Shown here: piece after piece, positions 26,661 through 40,920 of the stretch
How the letters are laid out: the number at the start of each line of letters is the position of its first letter
Position numbering within the stretch: position 1 is the stretch's first letter
Assembly: GCF_009914755.1 (NCBI RefSeq)
Contig: NC_060925.1
DNA length: 64,000 bases
Source of the DNA: the human T2T-CHM13v2.0 reference genome, Homo sapiens
Reading direction: 5' to 3' (one strand)
Program-made: the position numbers and the translations under genes
Notes under the pieces: generated by a model
Database searches by the model: none
Seen by the model: only the letters and a program-made list of their open reading frames with translations
Told to the model about the DNA's origin: nothing

Positions 26661-28344
26661 CATACTAAAAAAAGTCCCTTTAAATGATACAATTAATTTT
26701 TAATAAAGTACACATGTTTTAACAGAAAGTAATACAACTAAATTAAGTGAATGTACTTCTACTACCTGCTAGAGGCATAAATTTAATGAGATGGAAGGGT
26801 CAAAGAAAGTACAATGGAATAGGGATGCTTTGTACAAGGGTCAACTAAGTATTAAAAAATGGTCTCAGGGTCAGGATTCATCTGTTGGGGTTCATTTTTT
26901 GCTTTTTGTATAAATGAAAAGTTCAGGACTAAAATAAGTACCCAAGTTATATTACTGCTGTAGAGATCCAAATAGCAATGCACAACGCATGAAATTATTA
27001 TTTAGCAGTCATCTCAGCCAGAACTGAATATCAATTAACATTAAGATCTCACTGTTCACATGGCACTGTGCTAGGCACTTAGAAGGGTTGGGAGGCACTT
27101 TCCTTAATCTCTGCATATATGAAGCTTACAGTTAAGATAAATGCATTAAAAGAGACATACATATCCATGCATGTATTAAAAAGAGGTCTAAATTATAGGA
27201 TACGGAGTGTGGGGGAAGAGAAATACAAAATATTTTAAAGTGTTCTCATGGCATTTTGTATTTTGATGTCACTCTGAAATGATTTGTAAAAAGGAGAGAA
27301 GGCAAGTGGGACTGGAAATGCTGAAAAGAGGAAAATAAAATGTAAATGTGTTTAGTGGGAGGGCTCATATCTTGAAACGTTTTTGTATTTCTTTGCATTG
27401 CTAGCAGATAACTGGAGTGACCGATAGGTATTTTGTAATCCTCTGCTAATTTTCCTTATAAATACACTTTAGATAAGTTTTCCTTGTAAAAATAAACCCA
27501 CTCTTCACCAGAGGCTACTCATCCTATGTCATTGACTCTGCTACCTCATCAGACTTGCTTTTCTTTCACTGTTCTCTCCCATTTCCATACAGACTTAATC
27601 GTCTGCATCTTTTCTCATTTCTCCTTCTATGAACACTCAGATGACCTCACTAAATTGTTGAGGTTTCATGCTCTTCCTGACTTTTCTTGGCCTCTGAAAG
27701 CCCCACTGCATTTTCTCAACCTATAAAGAGGCACATAAAATCCAACAAAGAGTCGACAAGCCAAGATTCCCAATCTATCTTCCTGGCTGACATAGGCTGA
27801 CTTCCCGAGAATGCTAGGGCCCTGCTCATGATCTACGGGATTTGGCACAAGCAGTGACGATTTCTAAACCCATGCAAAGGCAAATCAATTATGTTGGGCA
27901 TTCTTCTTTGAGATCCAAAGGATTTATTTCTTCAACATAAAACACTGCTGCATTTATTTAAGCTTGAAGGCAAAAGGCTAAGCAAAAGGTACAGAATTGG
28001 TGATTGAGTCTAAATAGTTACTATTAAGAAGTGGAAAACTGAACTCTGCGGTGAAGCAAGCTTAGAGACTCCACCAGGAGGTGAAAAGCTAAAGCCCATA
28101 CATTAAAGCCTGTCTTATATTTAAATGCTTGCTTTTCCTCATTCTTCATGTCAAACAAAACAGAAGAAAACTTGTTGCTTCTAGCTCAGAAATATCTATA
28201 AAATTAATCTCCTTTTCCCCCATGCTGACACTGTCTTGGTTTGCCTTGCTTAACTCCACTTAATAAATGCCCTCCCAGATTTTTCCAGCATCCACTGCTT
28301 CTTTCAAATTGGAGCAGGATGCTCCACATCCCTGCAGGAGTTCC

Positions 28345-28533
28345 TTCTATGGACTGAATTATGTCCTCTCTTCCCTCTAAATTCATATGTTGAAGCCCTA
28401 ACCTCCAATGTGATGGCATTTGGAGATGAAACCCATGGGAGAAAATTAGGTTTAGATGAGATTTTTGAGGTGGGAACTCATGATGGGATTAGTACGCTTA
28501 TAGAAGAGATATCAGAAAGTTCTGTCTCCTCTG

Positions 28534-28591
<58 letters not shown>

Positions 28592-28693
28592 CCTCTCTGC
28601 CATGTGAGGACACAGTGAGAAGATGGCCATCTGCCAGCCATGAAGAGAGCCCTCACAAGGACTTGAATGTGCTGACTGATCTTGGACTTCCAG
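28345..28693 (+). mobile_element. MLT1A-type MaLR LTR, 3'-truncated, containing a (CT)n expansion
   Basis: ctatggactgaattatgtcc...aaattcatatgttgaagccctaacc...gatgggattagt...gccatgtgaggacacagtgagaagatggccatctg...tcttggacttccag. Confidence 0.85.
28523..28598. repeat. (CT)n microsatellite
   Basis: More than 20 consecutive CT units. Confidence 0.95.
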
Positions 28694-28795
28694 AAAGGAA
28701 GGAAGGAAGGAAGGAAGGAAGAGATAGAGAAAGAAAAGACACAGGGAAAGGGGAAGGAAGGAAAGAAAGAAGAAAAAAGAAAGGGGAAAAAAAGA
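28694..28795. repeat. (GGAA)n / purine-rich low-complexity tract
   Basis: aaggaaggaaggaaggaaggaaggaagag...aaagaaagaag. Confidence 0.9.
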
Positions 28796-29789
28796 TGGAT
28801 TTTGGGCTACCAGCTCAAGTTGATGAGTGATTTTAATTGATATGGCCCTTTTTCCTCTGGGAAGGCCCCAACAATGTTGCTTTCTATATGAAAAGAGGAA
28901 AATACTTTATTACCCTAGTTGGTAACTAGGATATATATTTCCAACCAGTTGCCATCCTCAGTCCACTCACCTAGTGGTATAAGTTTAGGTAGCTGTTGAC
29001 AGCGTGATTATTCACTCTTACTGTTTTCTACCCATTGAGAAAGTACATAGGAATATCCATTTTTAGGTGGATCCAGGTCCAGTGAACAATTCTTAGAGGA
29101 AAAAGATACTAATGCATAGTAATCACTCACTTGCCTTGAACTTTTTGGACTGTTTAGTCAGAACAAAATATGGATATTGTTATGATCAAAAAGAGCCCAA
29201 AGCCGATATGTTTGGAAAAGATAAAGGAAGAATCAAACAACATATTTCTTCCTCTATATTTTTACAACCACTTCTTCCCCCATTATGAATATAAAGCTGC
29301 TTATGTGATTTTTTTCTGTGTAGTTTAATAAAATGTAATAGGAAAGAAAGATATTTAAAGCTCAAACTAATTGTAGCTGTTTCTGTCCTCAAATAGAGAT
29401 GCTGTAACTTGTATCAGTGTGGAGATAGAGCTCTATATCATCTTCTCCCCTTAGCAGAAACTGGTGGAGGAAGTTAGGGATGGGGGTCAGGGGCAGGGAG
29501 TGGAGGGAGACGCTTAGTAGATGACTCATTTAAGTGTACCAGAGAATCTTCAGAAAACATCCAGGGCTGAAGACAGGGAATAAAGAAAGCTGAATTTGTT
29601 GGCATAAGAAATAGGGAGACTTTTCTTTTTATTTTTGCTTGGGTATTTTTATTTTTGAAGAGCAGAAAAGAGAGAAAGAAGCCAAATAAATGGCTGCATG
29701 TGTATTGGGGGTGGGGTGGGGCTAAAGCTCAATCTGGTGGGAGTATTTTACAGAACACTTTAAGAACAGAAAATTAGGTATAAAATGAC

Positions 29790-31060
29790 AAATTGAGCAT
29801 GTAGGTCTACCATCCCCTCCACCAAGTCCCAATAAACATATATATACATACTATTGATAGCATAATAGTACTGGAAAATAAGAAAGAAAGCAGGCAGTGC
29901 TTGAGGATTTTAAGGAAATCTTGGAAGACTGGAATGAGAATTATGAAGAAAAACAAGAAGAGTGATCCACTGGCCAAAAGTAGCAGAATAAGGTAAGTCT
30001 TATTAGAAATAGCCTAGAGACGCTCCAAATTTAGAGTCAATACAGAGAGAGCCAGTGTAGGCCAGAGTGCAGTCACAGAGATTGAGCCCAGCTGGCACCA
30101 TTTCCTCCCTCTCCCGGGCATTCAGAGATTGTGGTGGCTGACCATTTCTTTTCTGCAAAAAGTGAGCCAACAGGTGAAGATGATTCTGTGTCATTGTAGG
30201 AGAGGAACAAATCTAGATAGAAGTAATGCTGCACCCTCAAGTAAACACGGAGTGGAATGTGAAAGAAAAATTATTACCAGAAGAGAAATTTACTAAAATT
30301 CTGCACTGCCAGAGAGTCGCCATCCTTTCCGTCTACCTTGCACTCACATACTCCATAATATACACATAGCCTGCCATTTGCCTTTCCATTTAAGGAAGAA
30401 TTCTGTTAGGGTAAAAGACCTAAAATGACTGCAGAGGAAAAATATATTAATAGGTATACTAACCAACAAATAGCCACAAACCAATAACCAAGTATTTCCA
30501 ATGTGGAGCAAAACCAAAAATAGGAAGGAGAAGGCAAAGATCAAAGAATGGGACAACTGATGCCAGAGGAACACAGATAACCAAAGATAGAGAAGATGAT
30601 TCTAAAAAAATTTTAATTAAGATTACTACAAAAATTTTAATTATGATTAACAAGGAGAAATGTGAGAATAGTTCGATATTCAAATGAGAATGTATTACTT
30701 GGAACAAAGAGAACTCAGAATAAGAATTATTTAATCAACTTAAAATTATAATTGTTAAAAGTTCATAGGTAGACTGAGTAATGTAAAAGATAGTATTAAA
30801 GCTAAAACAAATGATTTGGAAAATAAGGTCAAGGAACTCTCTTCCCAAAAATATAAATAATATCTGAAAATATTTAAGATGGTAGAAGGAAGATACAGCA
30901 GATTCAACCTCTATATAACATGATCTTTAATGACAGAGAAACAATGGAAAAGAGAAAATGATCAAAGAAATAGTAGAAAAAAATTATTCATTCAAAAAAT
31001 ATATATATACAGATTTTTGGTCCACTGTGTACTAAATAGGGTAAATTAAATTAAAAAATA
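29790..31060 (+). mobile_element. HAL1 or very old L1 5'/ORF1 region
   Basis: gaaaataaggtcaaggaactct...atcaaagaaatagtagaaaaaaatt is a degenerate ORF1-like A-rich sequence resembling HAL1. Confidence 0.5.
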
Positions 31061-31508
31061 ATGTAGCACAGAATGAAGGAATTTCAAGACTATTGCAGTA
31101 GAAAGTGGAGATTGAACTCAAATCCACTGAAACAAAAGGTGAAAGTGAGAGCTTTAAGCACTGGAGTGAGTTGAAAAGTACTGGAAGATATTAGGGAGGA
31201 GGTTGTTAAATATGATTAGGACATTTGTGTTTGCTAATTGTTGTTTATGGAAGTTATGCAGCCACTTGCCCATAGCCACTGGGACATAGGAGTGCTTTCT
31301 CCTTTGATGATTACATTTCAAAGGGATAGCCTCAGGTCATTGAGAAAGACATTCTTGGGTTGTAAAACTGGAAAGAGGCTGGGAGAAGATTTACATGTCA
31401 AAGAGGTAGAGAAAGAATTTACAACTGCAAGTTCTCTATGTGAGTGATCTGAGAAAAGGGAAGTCAAGTGCCTAAATCAGAAAGAAACTTGTGATCTTTA
31501 ATACCAGT

Positions 31509-31845
31509 AAGGAAGGGAGAGAGAGAAGGAAGGAAGGAAGGAAGAAAAGAAAAGGAAGGAAGAAAAGAAAAGGAAGGAAGGAAGGAGGGAAAGAAAGAAA
31601 GAAAAAAAGAAAGAAAGAAAGGAAAAGAAAAAAAGAAAAGAAAGGAAGGAAGGAAAGAAGAAGGGAAGAAAGGAAGAAACAAAGGAAGGAAGGAAAGAAG
31701 GAAGGGGAAGAAAGGACGGAACAAAGGAAGGAAGGAATGAAAGAAGGTAGGAAGAAAGGAAGGAGAGAAGAAAAAAGGGAAGGAAGGATAAAAAAGGGAA
31801 GGAAGGAAGGAAAAAAAGAAGGAAAAAAGGAAGGAAGAAGGAAAG
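31509..31845. repeat. About 335-bp homopurine (GGAA/GAAA)n tract
   Basis: Almost pyrimidine-free run of ggaa/aaga units. Confidence 0.97.
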
Positions 31846-31886
31846 ACCTGTCAAAAGTCTAGTCAATCTGAGGGGAATGTTAAGAC

Positions 31887-32105
31887 CAAGCTTGTCCAAC
31901 CTGCAACCTGTGGGCCACATGCATCCCAAGACTGCTTTGAATGCAGCCCAAAACAAATTCATAAACTTTCTTAAAACATTATGAGATTTTTTGTGACTTT
32001 TTTTTCTTTAACTCATCAGCTGTTGTTAGCGTTAGTGTATTTTATGTGTGGTCCAAGACAATTCTTCCGTGTGGCTCAGGGAGCCCAAAATATTGGACAC
32101 CCCTG
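31887..32105 (-). mobile_element. MER30 (hAT-Charlie MITE) with perfect 8-bp TSD
   Basis: caagcttgtccaacctgc...attggacacccctg; TSD gttaagac at 31879-31886 and 32106-32113. Confidence 0.93.
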
Positions 32106-32207
32106 GTTAAGACCATCTTGGTCACCACCATGCATACCAGGTGGGCACGGGTTAAAAGTTTCCTGATGGAATGCAAGCTGCCTCTCATTAAATTTCGATA
32201 AAACATC

Positions 32208-32686
32208 TATATTAATTTTCTATTGTTCTTGTAACACATTTCCACAAACATCTCCATTTTGGAAGGTCACCTATCTCACTGGTGGGAAAACCAAGGTGTC
32301 CACACCTTGAAGGAATCAGAAGGCTGATTCCTTCTGGAGGCTCTAGGGAAAAATCAGTCATTTGTCTTTTCCAGATTCATATACCTTCCTTGGCTTGTTC
32401 TTTCTTCTTCCATTTTCAAAGCCAGTAATATAGCATCTTCTCTCCTCTCTGAGCTCTGATTTCATTGTCACATCTCCTTTGACTTTGACCTTCTTGACTC
32501 CCTCTTTAGGAACCATTTTATCCTCTTTGTTGAGCCCATCCAGATAATCCAAGATAATCTCCTCATCTGAAGATCCTGAATTTAATTTATCTCCACAATC
32601 GCTTTTGCCATGTAATGTGGCATATCCAAAGGCTTTAAGGACTAGGATGGGGACGTCTTTAGGGGGCCATTATTCCACCTACCACT
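32208..32686 (-). mobile_element. MLT1D-type MaLR LTR
   Basis: ttccttctggaggctctaggg...gcccatccagataatccaagataatctcc...gggggccattattccacctaccac. Confidence 0.8.
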
Positions 32687-33961
32687 ACTTCGTAGGCTGC
32701 TAACTTGTTTGCTGCTGTCAGTTCGGGACCCCTATCTTAAAACTCTTTGTCTGTTCCCACCCTATCCACAGGCCCAGGAAAGAGTCCTGGGAAATAGGAT
32801 TTGCATATACATGTGTACATGAGCACAAACAACAAGGTCACTCGCACAGTCACTTTCACCTGAGCAGACAGGTCTCTTACACTGTACCACCCAGTCCATG
32901 TCTGCAGCCTTAGGGAATATGACATCCCTTAGGCTGGAGACGGCCTGGCCTGCTCTTCTCCTTCTTAGGTACTCCAGTGTATCTAATAGTTTTACCTACC
33001 CAGATGTGTTCCTGATGATGATGCTGGTTTCACTTGCAAATTCCCATATAATGCTTAGCCCTCTGGTTTGGGTATTTTAATTTTACTGGATAATGATCGT
33101 GGTGATTTTAAACATTTCCTGTTGCTTGTTAAACTGCATGCCCGATTCAGCTCCAAATAACAGCTTTTACACGCAAGTGAAAATTTAGCTCCTAGTATTT
33201 AACAACTACTATAATTTTAAAATCTACTTTCAATTAAGAAAACCTTGTAATTCTAAAAAGTGATTATGTTCCAAAGAAGTGCTGAAATGTCAACTGAATA
33301 CAAGTCCACTTTATGTCTGGCAGGAACTGTTCAGTTGTCGTGTGGCTTAGCATTGAAAAGCTCGCTCCAAAGTGCTACTGACAGGCCTGGTCTAGTGTGG
33401 CATTTAATATTTCCCTTTATACATTTCCCCATGGTGTCAGAACAATCTCCAGTAATCAAAAGAGGTGAAAAGAGCTAGAATAAAATATTCGTTAAATCTA
33501 AACATACACAATTGACGTGTTCAAGAAAATGTGCATAAGGAGTGTATTATTGATTTTAACAATGAAGATCATTTATGATTCTGGAAACAAGGTAGCTTTT
33601 GAGAATATGACAATTATCTCCTTTATGTTGCCAAAACTCTATATAGATGGATTAGTTTTATGAAGAAAAGGAGTCTTTAAAGCAGCACACCTTTTTGAAA
33701 GTTAATCTAGTAGGACTCTGTCATTGAAGAATCAAGTCCAAGTTTCATGGAAAATTTCCTTTATGTTTTAAAATTTAATTTATGTTGAAATTAGTGCAGG
33801 TAGTTGACATAGAAATGAGTTGAATTATTTACACAGAGTACTTGGAGATCCTACTTGGTACATAAAAGGCTTGAAATCTATCAGCTCATCATTTACTGGA
33901 CAGTTGCTGACTCTAGATGTTTACAGGCATAAGATTAATCAGAATTTCTTTAAAACGAAAA

Positions 33962-34700
33962 GTTTCCTCAAAAAATCTGAAAACAGAGATGTCATATAAT
34001 CTAGCAATTCCACTTCTAGGTATCTCCCCAACAGAAAGGAAATCAGTGTATTGAAGAGATATCTGCACTCCCTTGTTTGTTGAATCACTGTTCACAATAG
34101 CTAAGATTTGGAAGCAACCTGCGTCCATCAGCAGATGAATGGATAAAGAAAATGTGGTACTCATACACAATAGAGTACTATTCAGACATAAAAAGAATGA
34201 GATCCTATCATTTGCAGCAACATGGATGGAACGGAGATCATTATGTAAAGTGAAGTAAGCCAGGCATAGAAAGACAAACATCACATGTTCTCACTTATTT
34301 GTGGGATCTAAAACTCAAAACAAACTCTTGGACATAGAGAGTAGAAGTATGATTATCAGAGGCTGGGAAAGGTAGTGCATTCGAGGGTGGGGGTGGGGTA
34401 TACAGAGGAGATTAGGATGATTTATGGGCACACAAAACAATGGACCGAAAGAATGAAAAAGACCTACTATTTGATAGCACAACAGAGTGACTATGGTCAA
34501 TAATAATTGTACATTTTAAAACAACTAAATGAGGGTAATCAGACTGTTTATAATAAAAAGGATAAATACTTGAGGGAATGAATGCCCCATTCTCTATTAT
34601 TTGATTATTACACATTGCATGCCTGTATCAAAACATCTTATGTATCCTATAAATATATATATCTACTATGTGCCCACAAAATTAAAAATAAAACAAAAAT
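33962..34700 (+). mobile_element. L1MA1/2-like 3' end
   Basis: aaaggaaatcagtgtattgaagagatatctgcactcc...ctcacttatttgtgggatctaaaa...gacctactatttgatagcacaacag...tatgtgcccacaaaattaaaaataaaa. Confidence 0.9.
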
Positions 34701-34998
34701 AATATAATCTTTAATCATTTAACATATAAAAGGTAAGGTCATGTCTATGCTAAAATGAAAGAAAGAGCAAATTTGTGGTAAATTGTATAGCTTTTGTTCT
34801 CCTGGCAATGTTTATTCTATAACTGGGTCTTTCTTTTTTGTATTTTTAAAGTAAGCATTTAATCAAAAACATTTAGTCAAAACATCATGTTTTTGTTTGT
34901 TTATTTGTAAGAAATTATATTTCAACATATGTAGGTTAAAAATGTGTTAGTTTGGTTTATTTTCTTTGTTATTTTATCTCCTTTTTTTTTTCTTTCAG

Positions 34999-35015
34999 AT
35001 CATCACTCAGCCTTG
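34999..35015 (+). other. Candidate exon start at a strong 3' splice site (possible 17-nt microexon or longer exon)
   Basis: ttattttatctccttttttttttctttcAG at 34997-34998; nearest donor ttg|GTGAAT at 35016. Confidence 0.3.
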
Positions 35016-35916
35016 GTGAATTGTTTTGATTAGAGAGAGAGAGGTCTTTGAGATGGTTTGCAGTGAGAGCGTCATGGTTTGTGCAGGCAGGCAGTATTCT
35101 TTTTGTCTTTTTATTGGGCCAAGGACATCTACAGATTTTATCAATAGGTGCATAAAAATTTGTAGATGGGGGTGGAACAAAGTTTCATTCTCTCCATAGA
35201 CACAGCACCAAAATTATCAAATTGAACACATTTCTACTTGAGAAGGCTCAAGATTTGTCCTTAGCCTGAATTGTGCATGTTCTTCCTTTTAATATGCATT
35301 TTTTTAAATGCCAGGGGAAATTTAAGCGGTGTTTATTAAAGCAGAAATGTATTGATGACATGTGTTGGAGGTTTTATTTCAATCCCCCGAGTTCTGCAAT
35401 GAACAGATCTGTTTTACACTCAGCCCAGGCAGCCTGATTTACCCACTGGCCCTTCTGTTGGATACCTGGTGATTTTATTTTTCATCCGTGATATGGTTCG
35501 GTTGCCCCCATTAAAAAACATATGTTTAATTGAAACTTTTAAAGAAAATTTGAGAAAATCTTATTTAAAGAAGTTTATCACACATTATAAAGAACTTTTT
35601 GAGACAGAAAATATTTTAAGAGGAAAAAAAGCCTTAATTTTCTAACTGTTTGTAGTGATGCTCAGTGACATTGCTTTGATATAGAGGAGTATGATAAGGG
35701 CTGTTAGCTGATTTTCTGAGATCAACCCATTTTAATGTACTTGTCCAATAATTAACTCAATACTAGATGAAAGCAGTCTTCCAAATTCCAACATTAAGTT
35801 TTAATACCAAGCCAGGTATGAGGCATTCAAACTCATTGCAGCAAACAGGTTTCTAAGTGTGGCTTTTTCTTTCATGCAGAGAAGGGACTGATTAGTTTCC
35901 CAAACCATAAAAATTG

Positions 35917-36350
35917 TTTTCTTTCTTTTTCTTTTTTTTTTTTTTTTTTTTTTTGAGGGGGGCGGGGTGCGGTTCTGAAACTGATTTCTTGGTTGTCTCC
36001 ATTACTCACAAATCCGCTTGCCATATTTGGTAGCAAAGGCAGGGGCTAAACTTATCTTAGCTGTTGCCCACAATTTATGAAGAGATAATCCAGTTCATAG
36101 GAAATGAGGTACTTCAAGTATTTGAGGAATGGCAAGTATTTCTTTGTCAGCATTGATTCAGCTTCAAATACGTCTCCTACTGATCTCTGGACTACCGCTC
36201 TACGCCGCATTGATCCATGCAGGAATAATTGTAAAGAGTTTCCAGGATTTCTTTTACTATCAGAAAAACAACACCCTGGAATCACTTTGCCTGTGGTTTA
36301 TAGTGAAAACAGCCGTCTGAGCATTTTGAGCCAATAGCTTTGGATAAGGT
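35917..36350. promoter_or_regulatory. Candidate SRF/GATA/TEAD (muscle-type) promoter or enhancer
   Basis: T23 tract, GGGGCGGGG (35959-35967), CArG CCATATTTGG (36021-36030), AGATAA x2 (36052-36057 minus, 36083-36088), MCAT AGGAATG (36125-36131), CCAAT (36331), 8 CpGs in about 360 bp. Confidence 0.45.
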
Positions 36351-36679
36351 GTGTAATTTGTTTGGTGCTAAGTTCTGTGACATGAAAAGTAAATTACAAT
36401 TGGGAAGGATAGTGGGAAGAGGGATACCATTATTAAAGAAAAAGAAGAAAAGAAAAAAATATTGTTTCAGCAGCAAGGATTTTTGAGGTTTAATTCTTCT
36501 CCCCACTCCAAATTTGCTGGCTTGAGGCTACTCATCGCTTCATTGCCACCCATAAAAGCACATGGATTTTAAGCTGATGAAAAAGATGGACATGGATTAT
36601 GCCTTTTCCTCTGCCAATGCTATGAGAATACCTTGGTTCACTAGAAGAAATGCTGACAGATAAAAATGAATAGAATATC

Positions 36680-37800
36680 ATAATTTTTATTCAAATAGGA
36701 TAGCAAATGCTTGTAAAATATTCCTAAAATTGTGCATAACCTTTGATTCAGATAAATCGCTTTTAAGAATATAGAAATAATCATGTGTTTGAGCCCGGAG
36801 TTTGCTGCCTAACCATGGCACATTAACATAGGTAAAATTAGGAACAACTTGAATGTCCAAGTGTGGTCTGAATGAATATATTGAGGTATACACTAGTAAA
36901 AATGTAAGTAGGTGGACTCATACCTTCGCAGCAATGATACACTCTTGTAGGCATTGAAAATGTGTTGATACTAATCTAGATACTGAGCATAAAGAATTAA
37001 GGAAGAAAAACAAGGTCTATGATCGTATTGAATTTATATTATGTATGGAAGAATTGATAGTGACAGAAAAGTACATTTAACATATATTTTTAAGATAAAA
37101 ATTAGGTGGCTAAACCTGGGTTTCCCAGGAAGCAAATCTAATGGCAGATGGCTTATGTACTATTGCTTTATTAGCAAGTGCCATCCCAGGAAAGAGAAGT
37201 GACAGAGCAGGGGAGTAAGGCAGGGAAGAAAGGGAGAGCCAACAGGAGGAGAAGGCATTATTGATATTGATAGTGATATTGGTCACTGCTGAGTTAAACT
37301 GATTGCTGGTTAAGTGAGGCTGAGCCCTCCTCAAGTAGCCATGTAAAGCATCTCTCTAGACTCTGTAGAGTAAGGGTTGGGAGCAGAAAGGGGGAAGAAT
37401 GTGTCCACTGGCTTCTATATCTATTGGTCATTTTTTTCCCTCTGGGGTGTTAATTCTTCCACACTTCCAGGTTATTCATGTGTGGACAGGCACTGAGTAG
37501 ATGCATCTGTGGGCATCCCCAAGGCATTTCAGGTATGCATGTTTGAAGTAGGTCAAAGCCCACCCAGGAGATGCCTGGGTGTTTGATGCATGTAGAACAC
37601 TGATTGAGTAGGTTACGAAATATATGATTACTATGATTCCGTTTTTGATGTAGAAATACTTAAAATGTTAACAATGATTATAGTTGGGTTTTTGGAATAT
37701 GGTTTGTGTTTGTGTTCTTTTTGTCTTTGCATTTTTTTCTTGCAATGAACATGGATTGGTTTTGCAGTAAGAAAAAAACTAAAAACTTATATTTTTAAAA
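36680..37800 (+). mobile_element. Very old L1 3' fragments (L1ME4-like) split by an LTR
   Basis: gtgcataacctttgattcag...aaaattaggaacaacttgaatgtccaa and aaaatgttaacaatgattat...caatgaacatggattggttttgcagtaagaaaaaa. Confidence 0.5.
37105..37580 (-). mobile_element. MaLR solo LTR (MLT1K/L-like)
   Basis: cctgggtttcccaggaagcaaatcta...gctttattagcaagtgccatcccagg...agtaaggcagggaagaaagggagagccaa. Confidence 0.65.
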
Positions 37801-38468
37801 TGGAAATTTGTCATTCTTCATATTTCACAAATTATGATTTTTCTCCAATGTTATTTACTTAAAATTTTTCATTCTTCTTATTTCACAAATTATGTTTTTT
37901 TTTTTACTATTATTATTACACTTTAAGTTTTAGGGTACATGTGCACAATATGCAGGTTAGTTACATATGTATACATGTGCCATGCTGGTGTGCTGCACCC
38001 ATTAACTCGTCATTTAGCGTTAGGTATATCTCCTAATGCTATCCCTCCCCCCTCCCCCCACCCCACAACAGTCCCCAGAGTGTGATGTTCCCCTTCGTGT
38101 GTCCATGTGTTCTCATTGTTCAATTCCCACCTATGAGTGAGAACATGCGGTGTTTGTTTTTTTGTCCTTGCGATAGTTTACTGAGAATGATGATTTCCAA
38201 TTTCATCCATGTCCCTACAAAGGACATGAACTCATCATTTTTATGGCTGCATAGTATTCCATGGTGTATACGTGCCACATTTTCTTAATCCAGTCTATCA
38301 TTGTTGGACATTTGGGTTGGTTCCAAGTCTTTGCTATTGTGAATAGTGCCGCAATAAACATACGTGTGCGTGTGTCTTTATAGCAGCATGATTTATAGTC
38401 TTTTTGGTATATACCCAGTAATGGAATCCTGGGTCAAATGGTATTTCTAGTTCTAGATCCCTGAGGAA

Positions 38469-40873
<2,405 letters not shown>

Positions 40874-40920
40874 TCAATGTTAATTATTTACTTAAGTTCA
40901 GCCTAATTTATCCAAGTATC

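Larger units (their letters stand above)
31062..32124 (-). mobile_element. ERV1 solo LTR (MER31-like) interrupted by a purine tract and MER30
   Basis: caaagggatagcctcaggtcattgagaaagacattcttgggttgtaaaactgg...agaaagaatttacaactgcaag; resumes cctgtcaaaagtctagtcaatctgagggg and ends catcttggtca. Confidence 0.65.

Noticed and set aside
31464-31962. ORFs of 86-154 aa (K/E/R/G-rich and F/L/S/P-rich)
   Set aside because: Translations of the GGAA/GAAA tract; low-complexity artefacts
35932-36285. Possible minus-strand processed pseudogene (T23 as poly-A tail; faint RPS26-like look of VGDVFEA...YLPFLKY)
   Set aside because: No poly-A signal near the tail, no TSD, RPS26 cysteine motifs absent; the KYL repeat is explained by a local 18-bp duplication
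37561-37581. 8-bp hairpin cacccagg-agatg-cctgggtg
   Set aside because: Stems of this length are expected by chance in 64 kb
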